Shown one piece after another: positions 1 to 14,720 of a stretch of 64,000 bases of DNA (positions are counted from its first letter, which is position 1; each line of letters starts with the position of its first letter). The DNA is from Eledone cirrhosa (Eukaryota). The DNA lies in NCBI GenBank assembly GCA_964016885.1, contig OZ024743.1, forward strand, positions 70,928,001 through 70,992,000. The letters are read 5' to 3'. A program made the position numbers and the translations under genes. The notes beneath the pieces are model-generated. The model did not search any database, was not told where the DNA came from, and was given only the letters and a program-made list of their open reading frames with translations.

Positions 1-580
1 AGTGAGTATGAGTGTATGTGTGTGTATGAGTGTACATGTGTGTATGTCAGTGTGTATGAGTGTACGTGTGTGTGTCAGTGTGTATGAGTGTACGTGTGCG
101 TATGTCAGTGTGTATGAGTGTACGTGTGTGTATGTCAGTGAGTATGAGTGTATGTGTGTGTATGAGTGTACATGTGTGTATGTCAGAGTGTATGAGTGTA
201 CGTGTGTGTATGTCAGTGTGTATGAGTGTATGTCAGTGAGTATGAGTGTACGTGTGTGTATGTCAGTGTGTATGAGTGTACGTGTGTGTATGTCAGTGTG
301 TATGAGTGTATATGTGTGTATGTCAGTGTGTATGAGTGTATATGTGTGTATGTCAGTGTGTATGAGTGTATATGTGTGTATGTCAGTGTGTATGAGTGTA
401 CGTATGTGTATGAGTGTACGTGTGTGTATGTCAGTGTGTATGAGTGTATATGTGTGTATGAGTGTACGTGTGTGTATGTCAGTGTGTATGAGTGTACGTG
501 TGTGTATGTCAGTGTGTATGAGTGTACGTGTGTGTATGTCAGTGTGTATGAGTGTATATGTGTGTATGTCAGTGTGTATG
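1..580. repeat. ~30-bp GT-rich minisatellite
   Basis: Unit GTGTGTATGTCAGTGTGTATGAGTGTACGT. Confidence 0.95.
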
Positions 581-1684
581 CAATCTGTATTTTGTGTTCT
601 GTGTGTAAACACATTTCATATACCTAAAGTATACACTCTCTCTCTCTTTCTCTCTCACCCTCTCACCCATTCCTGTCTTGCTCTCCCCCTGCACCTCTCC
701 TTCCCCCTTCTCCACCTCTCCCCTCCCCTCCCCACCTCTCTCTCCTCTCCTTTTTCTCTGAACTTGTCACTAAGCAACAATTTACATTCCTAGCCATGTC
801 CCCCTCTCTGCCCTCCACCACCTCTACCACCACTACCACTTCTACCACTACCACCACCACCACCACCGCTATCACCAACACTACCACTACCACCACTACC
901 ACCACCACCACCACCATACAACACTACTGTACTGTCAGCTGTCCTCTAGTTTGTTTGGACATGGATAGAAATAGAAGTGGTAGTAGTAGTGGTGGTGTTA
1001 GTTTTGGTAGTAGTAGTGGTGGTGTTAGTTGTGGTAGTAGTAGTGGTGGTGTTAGTTGTGGTAGTAGTAGTAGTGTTGGTTGGGGTGAAGGTGAATGTGT
1101 TGGTGGTGGTGGTAGTAGTGGTGTTAGTTGGTGTGGTGATAGGGGTCGTGGTCATTGTGTCAGTGGTGTTGGAAGTAATAATAGTAGTAGTAGTAGTAGT
1201 AGTAGTAGTTACCCCCTGTTTTTTTGTTTACTTTGAAAGGGAGAAATTTTTAGGTATGAGGTGGGGGTGTTGATGGTAATGGTGAGGTTATTAGTGGTGG
1301 TAGTGGTGGTAGCAATGGAGGTTATGAGGGCATTGGTGGTGGTGGCAGCAATGGTGGTGGTTATTATGCTAGTGGTGGTGGTGTTTAGTGGTAGTAGTGG
1401 TGGTGTTAGTGGGGGACAGGTATAGAGTGGTGTTGGTGTTGCATTCAGTCCATGACAATAACAGACACAAAACCTTCATCACCTATTTGTAATTAATCAA
1501 GCTAATGAGAGTGCTTATAAATAGTCACCTGACTTGCTAGAAATAGCAGTTAAATCTCCCTCAAATTGCTCTCTGTTGTCTGAAAAAAGGGAAAATCCCC
1601 TAAGAAAATGGTAAGTCATGACTGAAATGCCTTTGATCATAAGTCTGCTTGATTAGGATTGACCTAGGGGCTAGGTAAGACCCC

Positions 1685-2008
1685 CTTTAGTCATGAATGA
1701 CCATGAGATTTGCACCTAGGGAACTCTCCTTCGAGGTACAAGTCCAGGTAAGGTAGTTTGTGGAAGACCAGCAGTCACCCATGCAAGCTAGTCTCCTCTC
1801 TACACACCACCAATGTTGTCCAAGGGAAAGGTAAATGCTGATACAGCTTGGCACCAGTGATTTTGCAACTTATTTCTCCAGTTGAATAAACTGGAGCAAC
1901 ATGAAATAAAGTGTCTTGCTCAAGAACACAAGGCAAAGCCTGGTCCGAGAATCGAACTCACAACCTCATGATTGTAAGCCCAATGCTCTAACCACTAAGC
2001 CATGTGCC
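1685..2008 (-). mobile_element. CORE-type SINE with a different 3' tail (relatives at 25445-25776 minus and 63490-63672 plus)
   Basis: Same tRNA/CORE head, then GTCACTGGTGCCAAGCTGTAT and a ...CTAGGTGCAAATCYCATGGTCATT tail. Confidence 0.75.
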
Positions 2009-3025
2009 TGGGGGCTATACAATAAAAAACTATAAATAGTTACCATGAAGAGGTACAGTATGTGTGATAGCTCACACCTATGCAGGTTCAGCTGGCCTCC
2101 TCCAAGGTATATCTCGTTGGGTGATTTAATGATAGGAACCCCAGTCCTATCATCTCATTTCTACAGCTGAGTTGACTGGAGCAATGTGAAATAAAGTGTC
2201 TTGCTCAAGGAAACAACACATCACCTGGTCCAAGAATTGAACTCACAGCCTTTCGATTGCAAGCCCAATGCTCTAACCACTAAGCCATGTGCCTTCACAG
2301 TATACAGCTCTATGTATCAACAATGAAGATCTAAAAGCTTAAATTAGTTGATGAGTGATTCTGTTAACTCATTGATCTCGGATCAAATCTTTTAATGTCT
2401 TGAACCTGGAAAAGATTGTAATACTATCCCAGAGTTAGAGATATCTCATACATCACATAACATGCTTATAAACTCTTCTGAGCATTTTTTACCTCTGTTA
2501 GTATATCACATTGTCTTTCTAATTCTGCCCCCCCCCCCCCCCCCTCTCTCTTTCTCTCTTTCCCTCTCCTCTCTCTTTCTCGTGTAGAACTCTATCTTCC
2601 TCTCTTAATTTATTACTCATGCTATTTCTCCTAGTCTTCCTTCACCCCTGCCCTATATACCTTTTAGTGTTTATATATCTATGTAATCTGTCTCTCTTTA
2701 TAATACTTTCTTGCCCTTTCTTGCACCACTGCATTCTCCTTACATTTTCCTATAGCATAACAGAAAAGTGTTTGAAAGCAATAAACAAATGTATGGACAC
2801 ATGGCTGGCTTTTTACTTATAGGCACGGGTGTGCCTAAGTGGCTGTGCGTCTGTTTATATGAGAAAGAGAGAGAGAGATAGTGTATGTGAGAGAGTGCAT
2901 GTGTGTATGGGTATATATACGTATATGTGTGCTGTCAAAAATATTACAACATAGCTTCTATTTCTATTTCAAATCTAAACTTCTCTCTCCGCGTTCCAAA
3001 CATACTTCATTTATATATATATATA

Positions 3026-3518
3026 TCTTCTATATATATAAAGTTGTAGTTCCTGTCTGTTTGTTTGTTCACAAACTCTTCCTATGGTTTTGGAGATAGA
3101 CCCCCATAACCATAAATATTCTGAAACTACATTACCCAGGGTACTTGGATAAGTATATTTCATTTTAATCAAAGGGTTCCCCGGGGGGCACAAACCCCCA
3201 CTGAAAACCCCTGCTGAAAATGTTTTCCCTTCGATTTATATGATTTATATGATGCCTATTCAGAAAAGTTTTGAATTGATATTTTGAAAAAAATTATTTA
3301 CAAGAAACAAAATAAGAATAAGATTTAATAATGTAATTTTGATTTGATATATTACAAAAAATAATGTTTTCCAATTTTTCATGCATTACATTTTACATTG
3401 AGTAATATTGAAATGCAGAGTTTTTCTCCATAAATTATATCACTGATTTAAAATCAATCACCATTTTCTTACCAAAAAAAATGTGTGTAATGCAGCAAGG
3501 TGTGGGTAATTCGTCTAG
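3026..3518 (+). mobile_element. Non-autonomous Helitron-like element
   Basis: Starts A|TC(TTC)TATATATATAAAG..GTCTGTTTGTTTGTT, has a degenerate subterminal hairpin and ends CTAG|T. Confidence 0.6.
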
Positions 3519-3978
3519 TATATATATATATATATATTGATGAAATACCTATGTGAGAGACACCAAAACAGAAAATAGCTGAAATAACAGTCGATCACTA
3601 TAGATGATAGTTAAGAAATGTGGTAAATTATCTTTAAAGATGGAAAAACAGAGAAGAGAAGTGCCAACGAGGAATCGAACCCCACACCTATTGAATGCTG
3701 AGTGAGAGTGTTACCATTTCATTAAGAAGGAACTGATATTTCTTCCCACCATTATTTATGATGCTAAACTATACGGCTTCATGCTAGGGTGTTGCTGGAT
3801 GTCGATAAACCTTAGGAATTACTGAAGTGCTGACAGGGTTATGAAATATGACAGTCCCAAATGCTGAAATTAACTGTGATAGTGGTTGATCTCTAGAGAT
3901 AATAGTTGAAAATATTATGCATTATCATTTTAGATGGAAACAAATTAGGACCGAAGTGCCTACGAGTAATATATGTGC

Positions 3979-4016
<38 letters not shown>

Positions 4017-4145
4017 AATGTAATCTGAGTTTTTCGAATATTAATAGTAATATTTGATTCGTTTGCAATTATGCAAACAAGTCTCATTTTTAAAGCCATG
4101 TTAGTAGAATGAGCCCCTCATTCTTGCTCTTGTGTTGGCATGTAA

Positions 4146-4180
4146 ACAGAATGTTTCTGGGTATGACCCTTCATCAGTAT
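4146..4180 (-). ncRNA. Degenerate minimal hammerhead motif
   Basis: Minus strand reads ata CTGATGA A GGGT cat ACCC a GAAA cat TC tgt. Stems I and III are weak. Confidence 0.4.
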
Positions 4181-4305
4181 AGTTCACTGTTCACCTGCCA
4201 ACTGTCAGAGCTAATGAAAATATATGATTTTAAAAAAAAAAATATATATATATATCATCATCATCATCGTTTAACATCCATCTTCCACGATTGCATGGGT
4301 TTGGA

Positions 4306-4364
<59 letters not shown>

Positions 4365-4434
4365 ACAAAGAAAGTGTGGTAAGAAACCAGGTGGACCATA
4401 ATGCACCAGAATACTTAGGGTAGTAGAGTCGGTA

Positions 4435-4560
4435 ATAGGAAAAGAGTCAGGATCCCGACGGCTGAGCTCCAGCTGTTTCGACAGCTAGATCTGAACAGTT
4501 CGGATCTAGCTGTCGAAACGGCCGGAGCTCAGCCGTCGGGGGTCCTGATTCTTTTCCTAT
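4435..4560. repeat. Near-perfect ~125-bp palindrome of the same family
   Basis: ataggaaaagagtcaggatcccgacggctgagctcc...ggagctcagccgtcgggggtcctgattcttttcctat. The adjacent 4362-4434 matches the tail at 14365-14445 in reverse orientation. Confidence 0.9.
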
Positions 4561-5374
4561 ATAATATATATATACATACTTCCTGTATGAGCAAGGCATG
4601 GTCAGCCGACCAGACACTGCCCACAACAGGACAACTCGTCTAACCCATGCTAGCATGGAAGAACGGACGTAAACGGTGATGATGATGATGATGATGATGA
4701 TACATATATATATGAGATGAGAGTTTAATTAAATCTGAGGAGCAGGTCAGGCTGCCGTCGAGTTGTTAACACTAATTAGGATCCTGAGCCACCTATCTGT
4801 GAAATGTTTGTAAGTGAGCCCAATCAATAAAACCTAAATATGAAACCTCAATATATTCTTAATATATACACTCCGCTATAGCATTGAGTGCTAACATTTG
4901 TACCTTCTTCAGTAAACCACATATCGACTGTATCACCTAATCTAATAGGAGCGGGTATTGAAAATGTCATGGCTTGGGTAAAAGAAAATACAGGAGGATC
5001 AGTTAATTATGATTTTATTCAATGTATTCCCCTCTCAGATTCACACTCTTCTTACAGAGGTCCTACTTCCCCTGTAAAAGTAACAGCTCTACCCTTTCGG
5101 GATATCCTTAAGCCAGGAACTTTTCAGCACCCCTTCGTATATATATATATATACCGTGTAGGTAACATGGTAAAAAGCTCCCAGTCCACACTGTAAATGT
5201 GGTTGGTGTTAGGAAGGGCATCAAGCTGTAGAAAACCTGCCAGACAGTCCTATACGAACGAAACACGGTCACCCGACCAATCTTGCCTCAAGTGGGACAA
5301 TTCCCGTCTAACCCATCCTAGCGTGGAAGATAGCCGTTAATGATGATGATGATGATATATATGTGTAAACATGA

Positions 5375-5412
<38 letters not shown>

Positions 5413-6030
5413 AATGGATGATAAATGATGTTGATATCAATTAATTACAATTTCTGAGCCTGCAACATTAACTTCATTAAAGCCACTAGTGCCCCACTTT
5501 ACTATTTGTTTTTTATGCAAAAGACGTACCTAGGTATTTCCCTCCTGTTATCCTTCTCTATATGTATACGTATGTATGTATATATGTGTATGTCTTTATA
5601 TATGTATGTGTGTATGTATGCATGTATGTGTGTGTACATATGAATGTGTGTATGTATGTGAATATATATCTATGTATGTATGTGTATGTATTTATGTATA
5701 TATGTGTGTGTATGTATATATATATGTGTGTGTGTATATATAAACAAGCTAAAATAACTAGAAATTGTATTAAATCACCCTCATGTTTTTATCTTTAAAC
5801 TCAGTGACTTGGGTATTAATCGACACACATACTCACACATACTTCATACATCATATACACACATACAAACAGATGTATGGTATTCACACATATACACCCT
5901 CACACATAAAGACATACACACTAACAGTCACACACATACCTCCGGTGATGTAATCATAGTCCTGATTTGAGACATCTAACACCCAGACTCAATAACCAAG
6001 GAACTTCAATGATATATGTATGTGTGTGTG

Positions 6031-6063
<33 letters not shown>

Positions 6064-6080
6064 ATGTTTATATATATGTA

Positions 6081-6141
<61 letters not shown>

Positions 6142-6333
6142 ATGTTTATATATATGTATATATGTGTGTGTGTGTGTGTGTGCGTGCATGCATGTGAGTG
6201 TGTGTATAAATATATATATATCTGTGTGTGTGTATATATGTATAACGGATGAAAAACCCAAAAGCACGAACTTCATCCGTTCCCATGTCGATTCTATTTG
6301 GATTGCCTCGGAAACAACCTTATTATGTAACAA

Positions 6334-6407
6334 GCTGTCTGATGATGACACGACACTCGCACACAGAACAGTGTGGCCAGTGTCGTCATTGAAATATATA
6401 TCACAGC
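6334..6407 (+). ncRNA. Hammerhead ribozyme motif with long stem II and TA-palindromic stem III
   Basis: gctgt CTGATGA tgac ACGACACT..CACAC agaaca GTGTG..AGTGTCGT catt GAAA TATATA TC acagc. The base of stem II is imperfect. Confidence 0.72.
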
Positions 6408-6454
6408 ATTATTATTAAAGGACTTGAACATCTGAAACTACTTCGCTTTTCCTT

Positions 6455-6490
<36 letters not shown>

Positions 6491-6557
6491 CAAGGTTTAG
6501 CAAATAAGAAAAAGTTTTAAAATAAATTTTAAAAAGTTCACTATACCTGCTATAATT

Positions 6558-6641
6558 ACCCTTACCGCGCGGTTTCAAGTCTCAAAATAAATGGATAATC
6601 CATGCGGAAATCCATTGAGAAGAAGACTTTCGTCAGAGGGT
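6558..6641 (-). ncRNA. Hammerhead ribozyme motif with long stem II and palindromic stem III
   Basis: Minus strand reads accct CTGACGA AAGTCT..AATGGA..TCCATT..AGACTT GAAA CCGCGCGG TA agggt, with a GUA triplet. Confidence 0.82.
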
Positions 6642-6665
6642 TCTTCTCATATATATATATAGATA

Positions 6666-6716
<51 letters not shown>

Positions 6717-6919
6717 ATATATATGTGTTTGTATATTTATATGTATATATGTGTGTATATATATCTATATCTATATATCTGTGGGGAAGGAGGAGCATGG
6801 GTTAAGACTAAAATATGTGAGGGGAGCACTCTGTGTGATGTGTATGTATACAAATATAGTTTCACTTTCTGAATATGGTGAGTGGGGAAAAACTTTAATC
6901 AACTAAGATTATCATTGCA

Positions 6920-7100
6920 GCGGTGAATTGGCAGTATTGGTAGAGGGTCAGACATGCTTTCCAGCGTAGTTACGTCCCTTTACGATCTGAGTTCAAATCC
7001 CGATGATGTTAACTTTGCCTTTCATCCTTACGGGGTCGATAAAATAAAGTACCAGTAATACACTGGGTAATTGCTGGCCTTGTGCCAAAAAGTAGAAACA
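6920..7100 (+). mobile_element. Second tRNA-derived SINE family, with 12-bp TSD
   Basis: B-box GAGTTCAAATCCC and a central GCCTTTCATCCTTACGGGGTCGATAAA motif (Deu/Nin-like, unverified). TSD ATTATCATTGCA at 6908-6919 and 7101-7112. Copies at 22538-22670(+), 33593-33770(-) and 34512-34690(+). Confidence 0.85.
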
Positions 7101-9673
7101 ATTATCATTGCAATTACACGATCAGCACTCCCTTTAGTGTTGTTCAGGTAGTGGGAATTAGACAAGGGAGGGAACTCATATAACCTTAGCTGATACAAGT
7201 CTTATACTCATATATACACATTTTGATGCAGACATGAGTGAATGGCAACATACTTATTATGTATTATTGAGGGTGAGGAGATTACAGAGTTGTTATATTA
7301 TTAGATAACTACTTTGCAATATTTGTTCTGGCTAGTTACATTTATCATCATCATCATCACTGTTTAATGTTCATTTTTCACACAAGCATGGGTTAGGCAA
7401 GCTGTCGCATTGTGAGACAAGCCCAGGTCAGATGACCGTGTCTTGATCATACAGAACTGATTTGGGTTTGGTTTCTTTGGCTCAATGTCCTTCCTAACAC
7501 CTACCACTTTACAGTATGGACTGAGTGCTTTTTGTTGTGACACCTACACAACCACTTTACAGTGTGGGCAGGGTACTTTTTGTTGTGACACCTACATGAC
7601 CACTTTACAGTGTAAGCTCAGCACTTTTTTGTTGTGACACCTACATGACCACTTTACAGTGTAGGTTGGGCATTTTTTGTTGTCACCAACAGGATCACAT
7701 TCTGATTTCAAATTCTGCTGAGGTCAACTATGCTTTTGATCTTTTCAAGGTAAATAAAATAAAGCACCAATTAAGTACTGGGGTCGATATAATCGACTTT
7801 CCCTCCCACCAAATTGCCGGACTTGTTTTTAAATTAGAAATCATTATATATATTATAACTCAGATGATGAGATTACCATGTTGACATAAGAGTTTCAAAT
7901 CTCTAAGACCTTTCTTGTTGGGGACAGACTGTTTAACATTGAAGTGATGGTTGTGTTGGTAGTGTTGTGGTTGTAGATGATGTTGGTGTTGTTGTTGATG
8001 TTTGGAGCTGGGAGGAGAGGTGTGATAATCCCCCCTTCCTCCAGGAAAAAAAATGTTCATGATGAAAGACTTGACAGCAATAATCACTTTCTTTAGTTGT
8101 CAGTCAAGATTCAGTCTAGGGTGACTAATATATATATTTATTTAAAGGAAATAAATGCACTGGGGAATGGCAGGGTGAGAGGTGGGGGACTTTTAGGATA
8201 AATACATGAAAAAGATGAAAATAGGCAGGAAGAAAAAAATTAATAAAAAAATTGAAAAATAACGAACACCAAAACCTGATTCAGAAGAATGCTAGCAATA
8301 ATATTTGAATTTGATGCTGGTTTCTGTGTGTACCCTGTTTAGAATAGGTACCCCATGTCCCTGCATGTTGTAAGAAGAGGTAAGTAAAGGTGTGGTACAT
8401 CTGGCTGTAAAATATTTCCTCAAAAATGACCCCATGATGAGTATGAAGCCTGTCAAGGGGCTGTAAGGCAAACCCCTACTTTAACAGTGAAAATACCTTA
8501 AAAACGTCCATTGTATTGTTATTGTTGGTGTTGTATTTGCTGTTGGGACCTGATCAGATGGTGAGGGGGTTTGTTATTTTCTTGTATATGTCCCCAGCTA
8601 AGCTGGCTCCTGTTGGCTCTATTTGAATGGCCCCCTATCCAGAGATAAAGAAGAGGGGAAAATCAATTAAACCTACCTCCGTATTTGACTGGTACTATAT
8701 TTTATCAACACCCAGAAGGATGAAAGGCAATGTTTACTTTGGTGGGATTTGAACTTCAAATATAATGAGCAAGGACAAACACAGTTATGCTGTAATGACT
8801 ATTTGAATAAAAAGGGGGATTGGCCTTGTTGTCGCCGTCTATATTTATATCAACGCAATAATTTAGCCCTTTAGCATTTAAACCGGCCATATCCGGCCAG
8901 AATTCTCTCATCTCTTTCTGTTCAAACTGGCCATAACCAGCCTCTCATACTTATGTTAAAGTATTGTTCTCAAAATAAATAACATCAAAGTCTCATAGAG
9001 ACTTTGATGTCATATTATGTGAAATAATTATGTGAGGTAAAGCCTTTACTGTGAAAATACAATAGTAAATATAGAGTAATGTGAATGCTAAAGGGTTAAT
9101 TATCAAGAGTTGTTGAAAACGTTGACCAACAGTATCTTGGTAAATTAAGTAAATCCATACAGGATGTCAATAAAACAGCCATAATTTCATTAGTGCACTA
9201 GGGATTGATGAACACAACCACAAGGATATGGTACGAACGTGGAAGAGCCGAAATCCCACTATCATCACCTCCATCTCTCTCGCCCTCCCCATCTCTCCGT
9301 ATGGTGAGCCAAGGCGGACAGAATGGAGAAGGCATTTCCCCGGAGGATGGTAAGGGAGATGTACTGTGCTGTTTTTTGGTCAATACAATACCTTAATGTC
9401 AGGGTAGGGTGGGTATTATCAAGGTGGGGTGTAGACAATTCTATGACAATGAGTATAGGTATGAATAGTCATTAAATTAGATGGTTGTGAAGTGAGGAAT
9501 GCCTGTATAATATAATGTCCAGCAATGTTTGATAAGGGAGGGAGCTGTCTAAAGTCTAAAGGCTGTCTCAAGACCAGGTACTCATCAGGCCAGTGCTTAG
9601 CCTGGTTTCTGTTGCCTTAAGCCACTGAGAGTACAAGACTCTCCCCTGGACAGGACACCAGTTCATCGCAGGG

Positions 9674-9889
9674 TTAACCCTTTAGCATTTAAACCAGCCA
9701 CATCCATTCAGAATTCTCTCACCTCTTTCTGTTCAAACCAGCCATAACTAGCTACTCATACTAATGTAAAGGTATTGTTCTCAAAATAAATAATATCAAA
9801 ATCTCATAGATTCGATATTATGTGAGATAAAGCCTTTACCACAAAAATACAATGGTATATATAGAGTAATGTAAATGCTAAAGGGTTAA
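9674..9889. mobile_element. piggyBac-like MITE (copies at 8863-9099 and partial 28085-28274; related ends at 57295-57598)
   Basis: TTAA CCCTTTAGCATT...AATGCTAAAGGG TTAA terminal inverted repeats with a TTAA target, nested in an older SINE. Confidence 0.8.
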
Positions 9890-10525
9890 ACCTCCAGTTA
9901 CTGCTGGCACTTATTTTTAACTGAGTATACTGGAGCATCATGAAATGAAGTGTCTTGCTCAAGAACACAACCCAGTCCAGGAATTGAATCCATGGCATTA
10001 TGATCATACATCCAACACCCTTACCACTTGGTCATGTGCCTTGGGGATGTGGGGATATATTATAAAGGATGTTTTATTGAGAGGATGTAGAGCTTGAGTA
10101 TATACATGTTTGTTCTCAATTAGTGAAGCAAGGTGTGTATAAATATTCTCTAACATTATTTCTATCATATTTCATTCTTGTCTCATGTATATACACACAC
10201 ACATATATATATATATATATATGTTGTGTGAGAGTGTGTGTTGTGTGTGTGTGCATGCATTCGCACAAGGCATGCATTTATTTACACCTGCATGGGTGCA
10301 TGTAAATATACATTTACACATATGAATGCACAAGCATTTGCAGGCTCATGAGTTTACTTGTGCCTTGTTGCACTAACCTGCTTTTCATGCATACACTAAC
10401 ATGCAGTTATGGGATAATCACACACATAAATATACACACACTCATTCATATATACACACACACACACACACATAAATATACACACACACACATAAATATG
10501 CACACACTCATTCATATACACACAC

Positions 10526-10576
<51 letters not shown>

Positions 10577-11039
10577 AATACACACTCTCATTCAGATACA
10601 CACATACACTCTGGGGCACTTAGTGTCATGTAAAAGAATCACAAATGGCTGTACATGCTTGATCATAATGTAAAGATATAGTAAAGGCGTGTGGCCTAGT
10701 GGTTAGAATACTGGACTCCTGGTCCCTGAACCTGACAGTGCAATATATCCTTGAGCAAAATGCTTCATTTTATGTTGCTTTTCATGTTAGGACTGGGACC
10801 CATATCCTTAAAACAGCAGAGAAACCTTCTATGAGATTACATCTCATAGAAGGTCATGTAAACCTTTATAGGTATGAGCTATAACAACAACACCAACAAC
10901 ATTCAGGTCTGTATACTCAAGTAATGGGTTGTATATACATACTTGCACCATTATCTATTGAATGTAAATCTATGTACATTCATTAGCATGGGTGATCCCA
11001 TTTGGTTTGGCTTCATGTTCATTATCTCCTCAACTTTTT

Positions 11040-12084
11040 TCATATATTTACACATATATACGCATATATACACATATATGCACATATATACACATATATA
11101 CACATATATACACATATATACACATATATACACATATATGCACATATATACACATATATACACATATATACACATATATACACCCATCTACCACATTTCT
11201 AATATATGCATACATTCACTTACACACACACACACATACACATACATTCACACACACACATTCACACAAACATTCACACACACACATACATTCACACACA
11301 TGTACATTCAATGATATTCACACATACATATATACATCACCACACTCACACACACAAACACAACACCACATTTACATAAGATCATATGCAAAGAAATAAC
11401 TGCTTACATCACTTTTCTACACACACCCACACACACATACATTCCCACACACACACACACATACATCCACACCACACACATACACACATACATACATCAC
11501 CACACACACACACACATACATTCCCACACACACACACACATACATCCACACCACACACATACACACATACATACATCACCACACACACACACATGCATAC
11601 ATCACCACACACACACATACATACATCACCACACACATACATACATCACCACACCACACACACATACATACATCACCACACACACACACACACGTACACA
11701 CATCGCCACATTTACTCAGGAGTATATGGAAAGAAATAATACATTACTTTTCTACATACATTTACACACATACACACCACCACACACACACACATATACA
11801 TCACCACATTTACATACATACATACATAAAAACATACATACGCACACACATATATACATCACCACACTTGCGTATACATACACACATTTACACATACATT
11901 CAAACATATGCACACACATATATACATCACCACATTTACACATACATACATACACACACACATGCACACATATACATCACCGCATTTACATATATAAATA
12001 CTTACATACATACACACATATATACATCACCACACTTACACATACATACACACATCAACATATATACATACATACATACATACA

Positions 12085-12116
<32 letters not shown>

Positions 12117-13422
12117 CATACATACATATATACATGCATACATATATACATGCATACATACATACACACATATATACATGCATGCATACATACATACATA
12201 CATACATACATACGCACACACATATATACATCACCACATTTACACATACATACACACACACATATATACATCACCGCATTTACATACATACATAAATACA
12301 TACATATATACATACATACATATATACACACACATATATCCATCACATACATACATACATACATACGCACACACATATATACATCAGCACATTTACACAT
12401 ACATACACACACACACACATATATACATCACCGCATTTACATACATACATACATACATATATACATACAAATATACATACATACATATATACACACACAT
12501 ATCCATCACATTTACACAGGAGTGTATACAAAGAAATAATAAATGCAGACATTGAAATGAGAATTGGTGAAGTTGGTGAAGGATCAGATAAATTCCATTT
12601 AAAGAAATGGATGAATGATATAAGCTATATATGTTACATTAAAGCTCTGAATTGAGCAGGATGAGTGATGAATAGAAAGGAAAAAAGAATACAGGGAAAA
12701 GAAGGAAAAGAAGAGTAACTATGAAAAGTTGATAACTAGAAGAAAGGGGGGTTGTGAAAGGTAGAAGGTTGTACAGGTGATAAAATTGATGACATAAAGT
12801 AAAATGAATTAAAATGAAATAAGATGAAATTGAAAAGAAAATGTAAAGAAAACAAAGTGAGTTTGAATAAATTGGTGTAGAAATAACATTTGTTCTTATA
12901 TATACATGAATATATGTACTATGTATATATATATATATATATATGATATATATATATATATGATATATATATATATATGATATATATATATATATGATAT
13001 ATATATATACGATATATATATATATATATATATGATATATATATATACGATATATATATACGATATATATATATATGATATATATATATATACGATATAT
13101 ATATATATACGATATATATATATATACGATATATATATATATACGATATATATATATATATGATATATATATATATATGATATATATATATACGATATAT
13201 ATATATATATATGATATATATATATATATATGATATATATATATGATATATATATATATATATGATATATATATATATATACGATATATATATATATATA
13301 TACGATATATATACATATATATATATAGGAAAAAGTATTACCCCGACGGCAGAGCTCAAGCCGTTTCGACGGCTATTTTGGACTAAATTAGAATATATAT
13401 GTATACATAAATATATATACTA

Positions 13423-13484
<62 letters not shown>

Positions 13485-13568
13485 AATATATATATATATA
13501 CACATAAATATATATATTATATATGTATATATATATACATAAATATATATATACGATATATGTATATA

Positions 13569-13602
<34 letters not shown>

Positions 13603-13745
13603 CATAAATATACATACATAAATATATATGTATATATACATAAATATACATACATAAATATATATACTATATATATATACATAAATATATATACTATATA
13701 TATAAATATATATACATAAATATATATACATAAATATATATATAT
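11040..13745. repeat. Compound CA/TA/CATA/CGATA microsatellite field
   Basis: Low-complexity sequence and the source of many spurious ORFs. Similar fields lie at 37465-38980, 58885-59350 and 62320-63480. Confidence 0.95.
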
Positions 13746-13746
13746 A

Positions 13747-14170
13747 CCCGACCCGCCTTGCCTAAGTACAAAGCGAAACCTACAGTCAGTAGGCACCTCT
13801 AACAAAATACACCCCGGCCCCACTACCCCCACCCCATCCACACCACCCCTTCCAATGTAAAGTTATGTTGGTACCACAGCGTCCAGTCCGAAACAAATGA
13901 GGACGTGTAGGTGTCACGACAAAAAAAACACACAGTCCACGCTGTAATGTGGCCGTGTAGGCGACACGGTAAAAACCTCCCAGACCCACACTGTAAATGT
14001 GGTTGGTGTTAGGAAGGGCATCCAGCCGTAGAAAACCCGCCAGACAGTCCTATACGAGCAAGACAACCAATCTTGCCTCAAGTGGGAAAACTCCCGTCCA
14101 AACCCATGCTAGCGTGGAAGATGGACGTTAAACGATGATGATGATGATGTTGATGATGATGATGATGATA
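13747..14170 (+). mobile_element. RTE 3' UTR fragment
   Basis: Matches 53215-53628, with a (GAT)n tail. Confidence 0.85.
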
Positions 14171-14235
14171 GATATATATATATACATAAATATATATACA
14201 TAAATATATATACGATATATATATATATATATATA

Positions 14236-14364
14236 TAGGAACTAGTAAGACCCCGACAGCTGAGCTCAAGCCGTTTCGACGGCTAATTCTGGACTAAAAT
14301 TTTTAGTCCAGAATTAGCCGTCGAAACGGCTTGAGCTCAGCTGTCGGGGTCTTACTAGTTCCTA
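14236..14364. repeat. Perfect palindrome, 64-bp arms
   Basis: The arms are exact reverse complements around position 14300. Family members lie at 4435-4560, 24629-24745 and 39055-39144, with a half copy at 13327-13390. Confidence 0.95.
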
Positions 14365-14461
14365 TTACCCACTCTACTACCTCAAGTATTGAGTACTTTG
14401 GTGCGTTATGGTCCACCTGGTTCCTTACCACATTTCCTTCGTTATATATATATATATATAT

Positions 14462-14720
14462 ATTGGTAAACGGAATAGAAAATGCTGACAAATTGTTCAC
14501 AGTTGAAAAATGGTTTAATTAGGAATAAAAGAGTATTAGTAATTGTATGGGTTAGTATTCGGTTGTGGTTTTAAGTTTTTAAGTTTTTACCGGTTGCGCA
14601 TTTCTAAATGCTTTTCAAAAATAATTTTGAGACAGAGTGCCCGTGCTGTTTGCTCCGATCTGATTAGTTTTGGGAATTCTACCTGTTTTTATGTTAAAAA
14701 AGTGGCTCCAGCGCTACTTG
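14462..14720 (-). mobile_element. Third copy of the same Penelope pLTR-like segment
   Basis: Near identical to 48691-48940. It abuts the CR1-type LINE. Confidence 0.85.

Noticed and set aside
2-1273. Long ORFs (263 aa etc.) at the window start, and all YI/HT/CV-rich ORFs elsewhere
   Set aside because: These are translations of mini- and microsatellites with no domain content or splice-phase support.
7860-8087. Minus-strand Q/H-rich 75-aa ORF
   Set aside because: It is low-complexity trinucleotide sequence with no recognisable domain or supporting exons.
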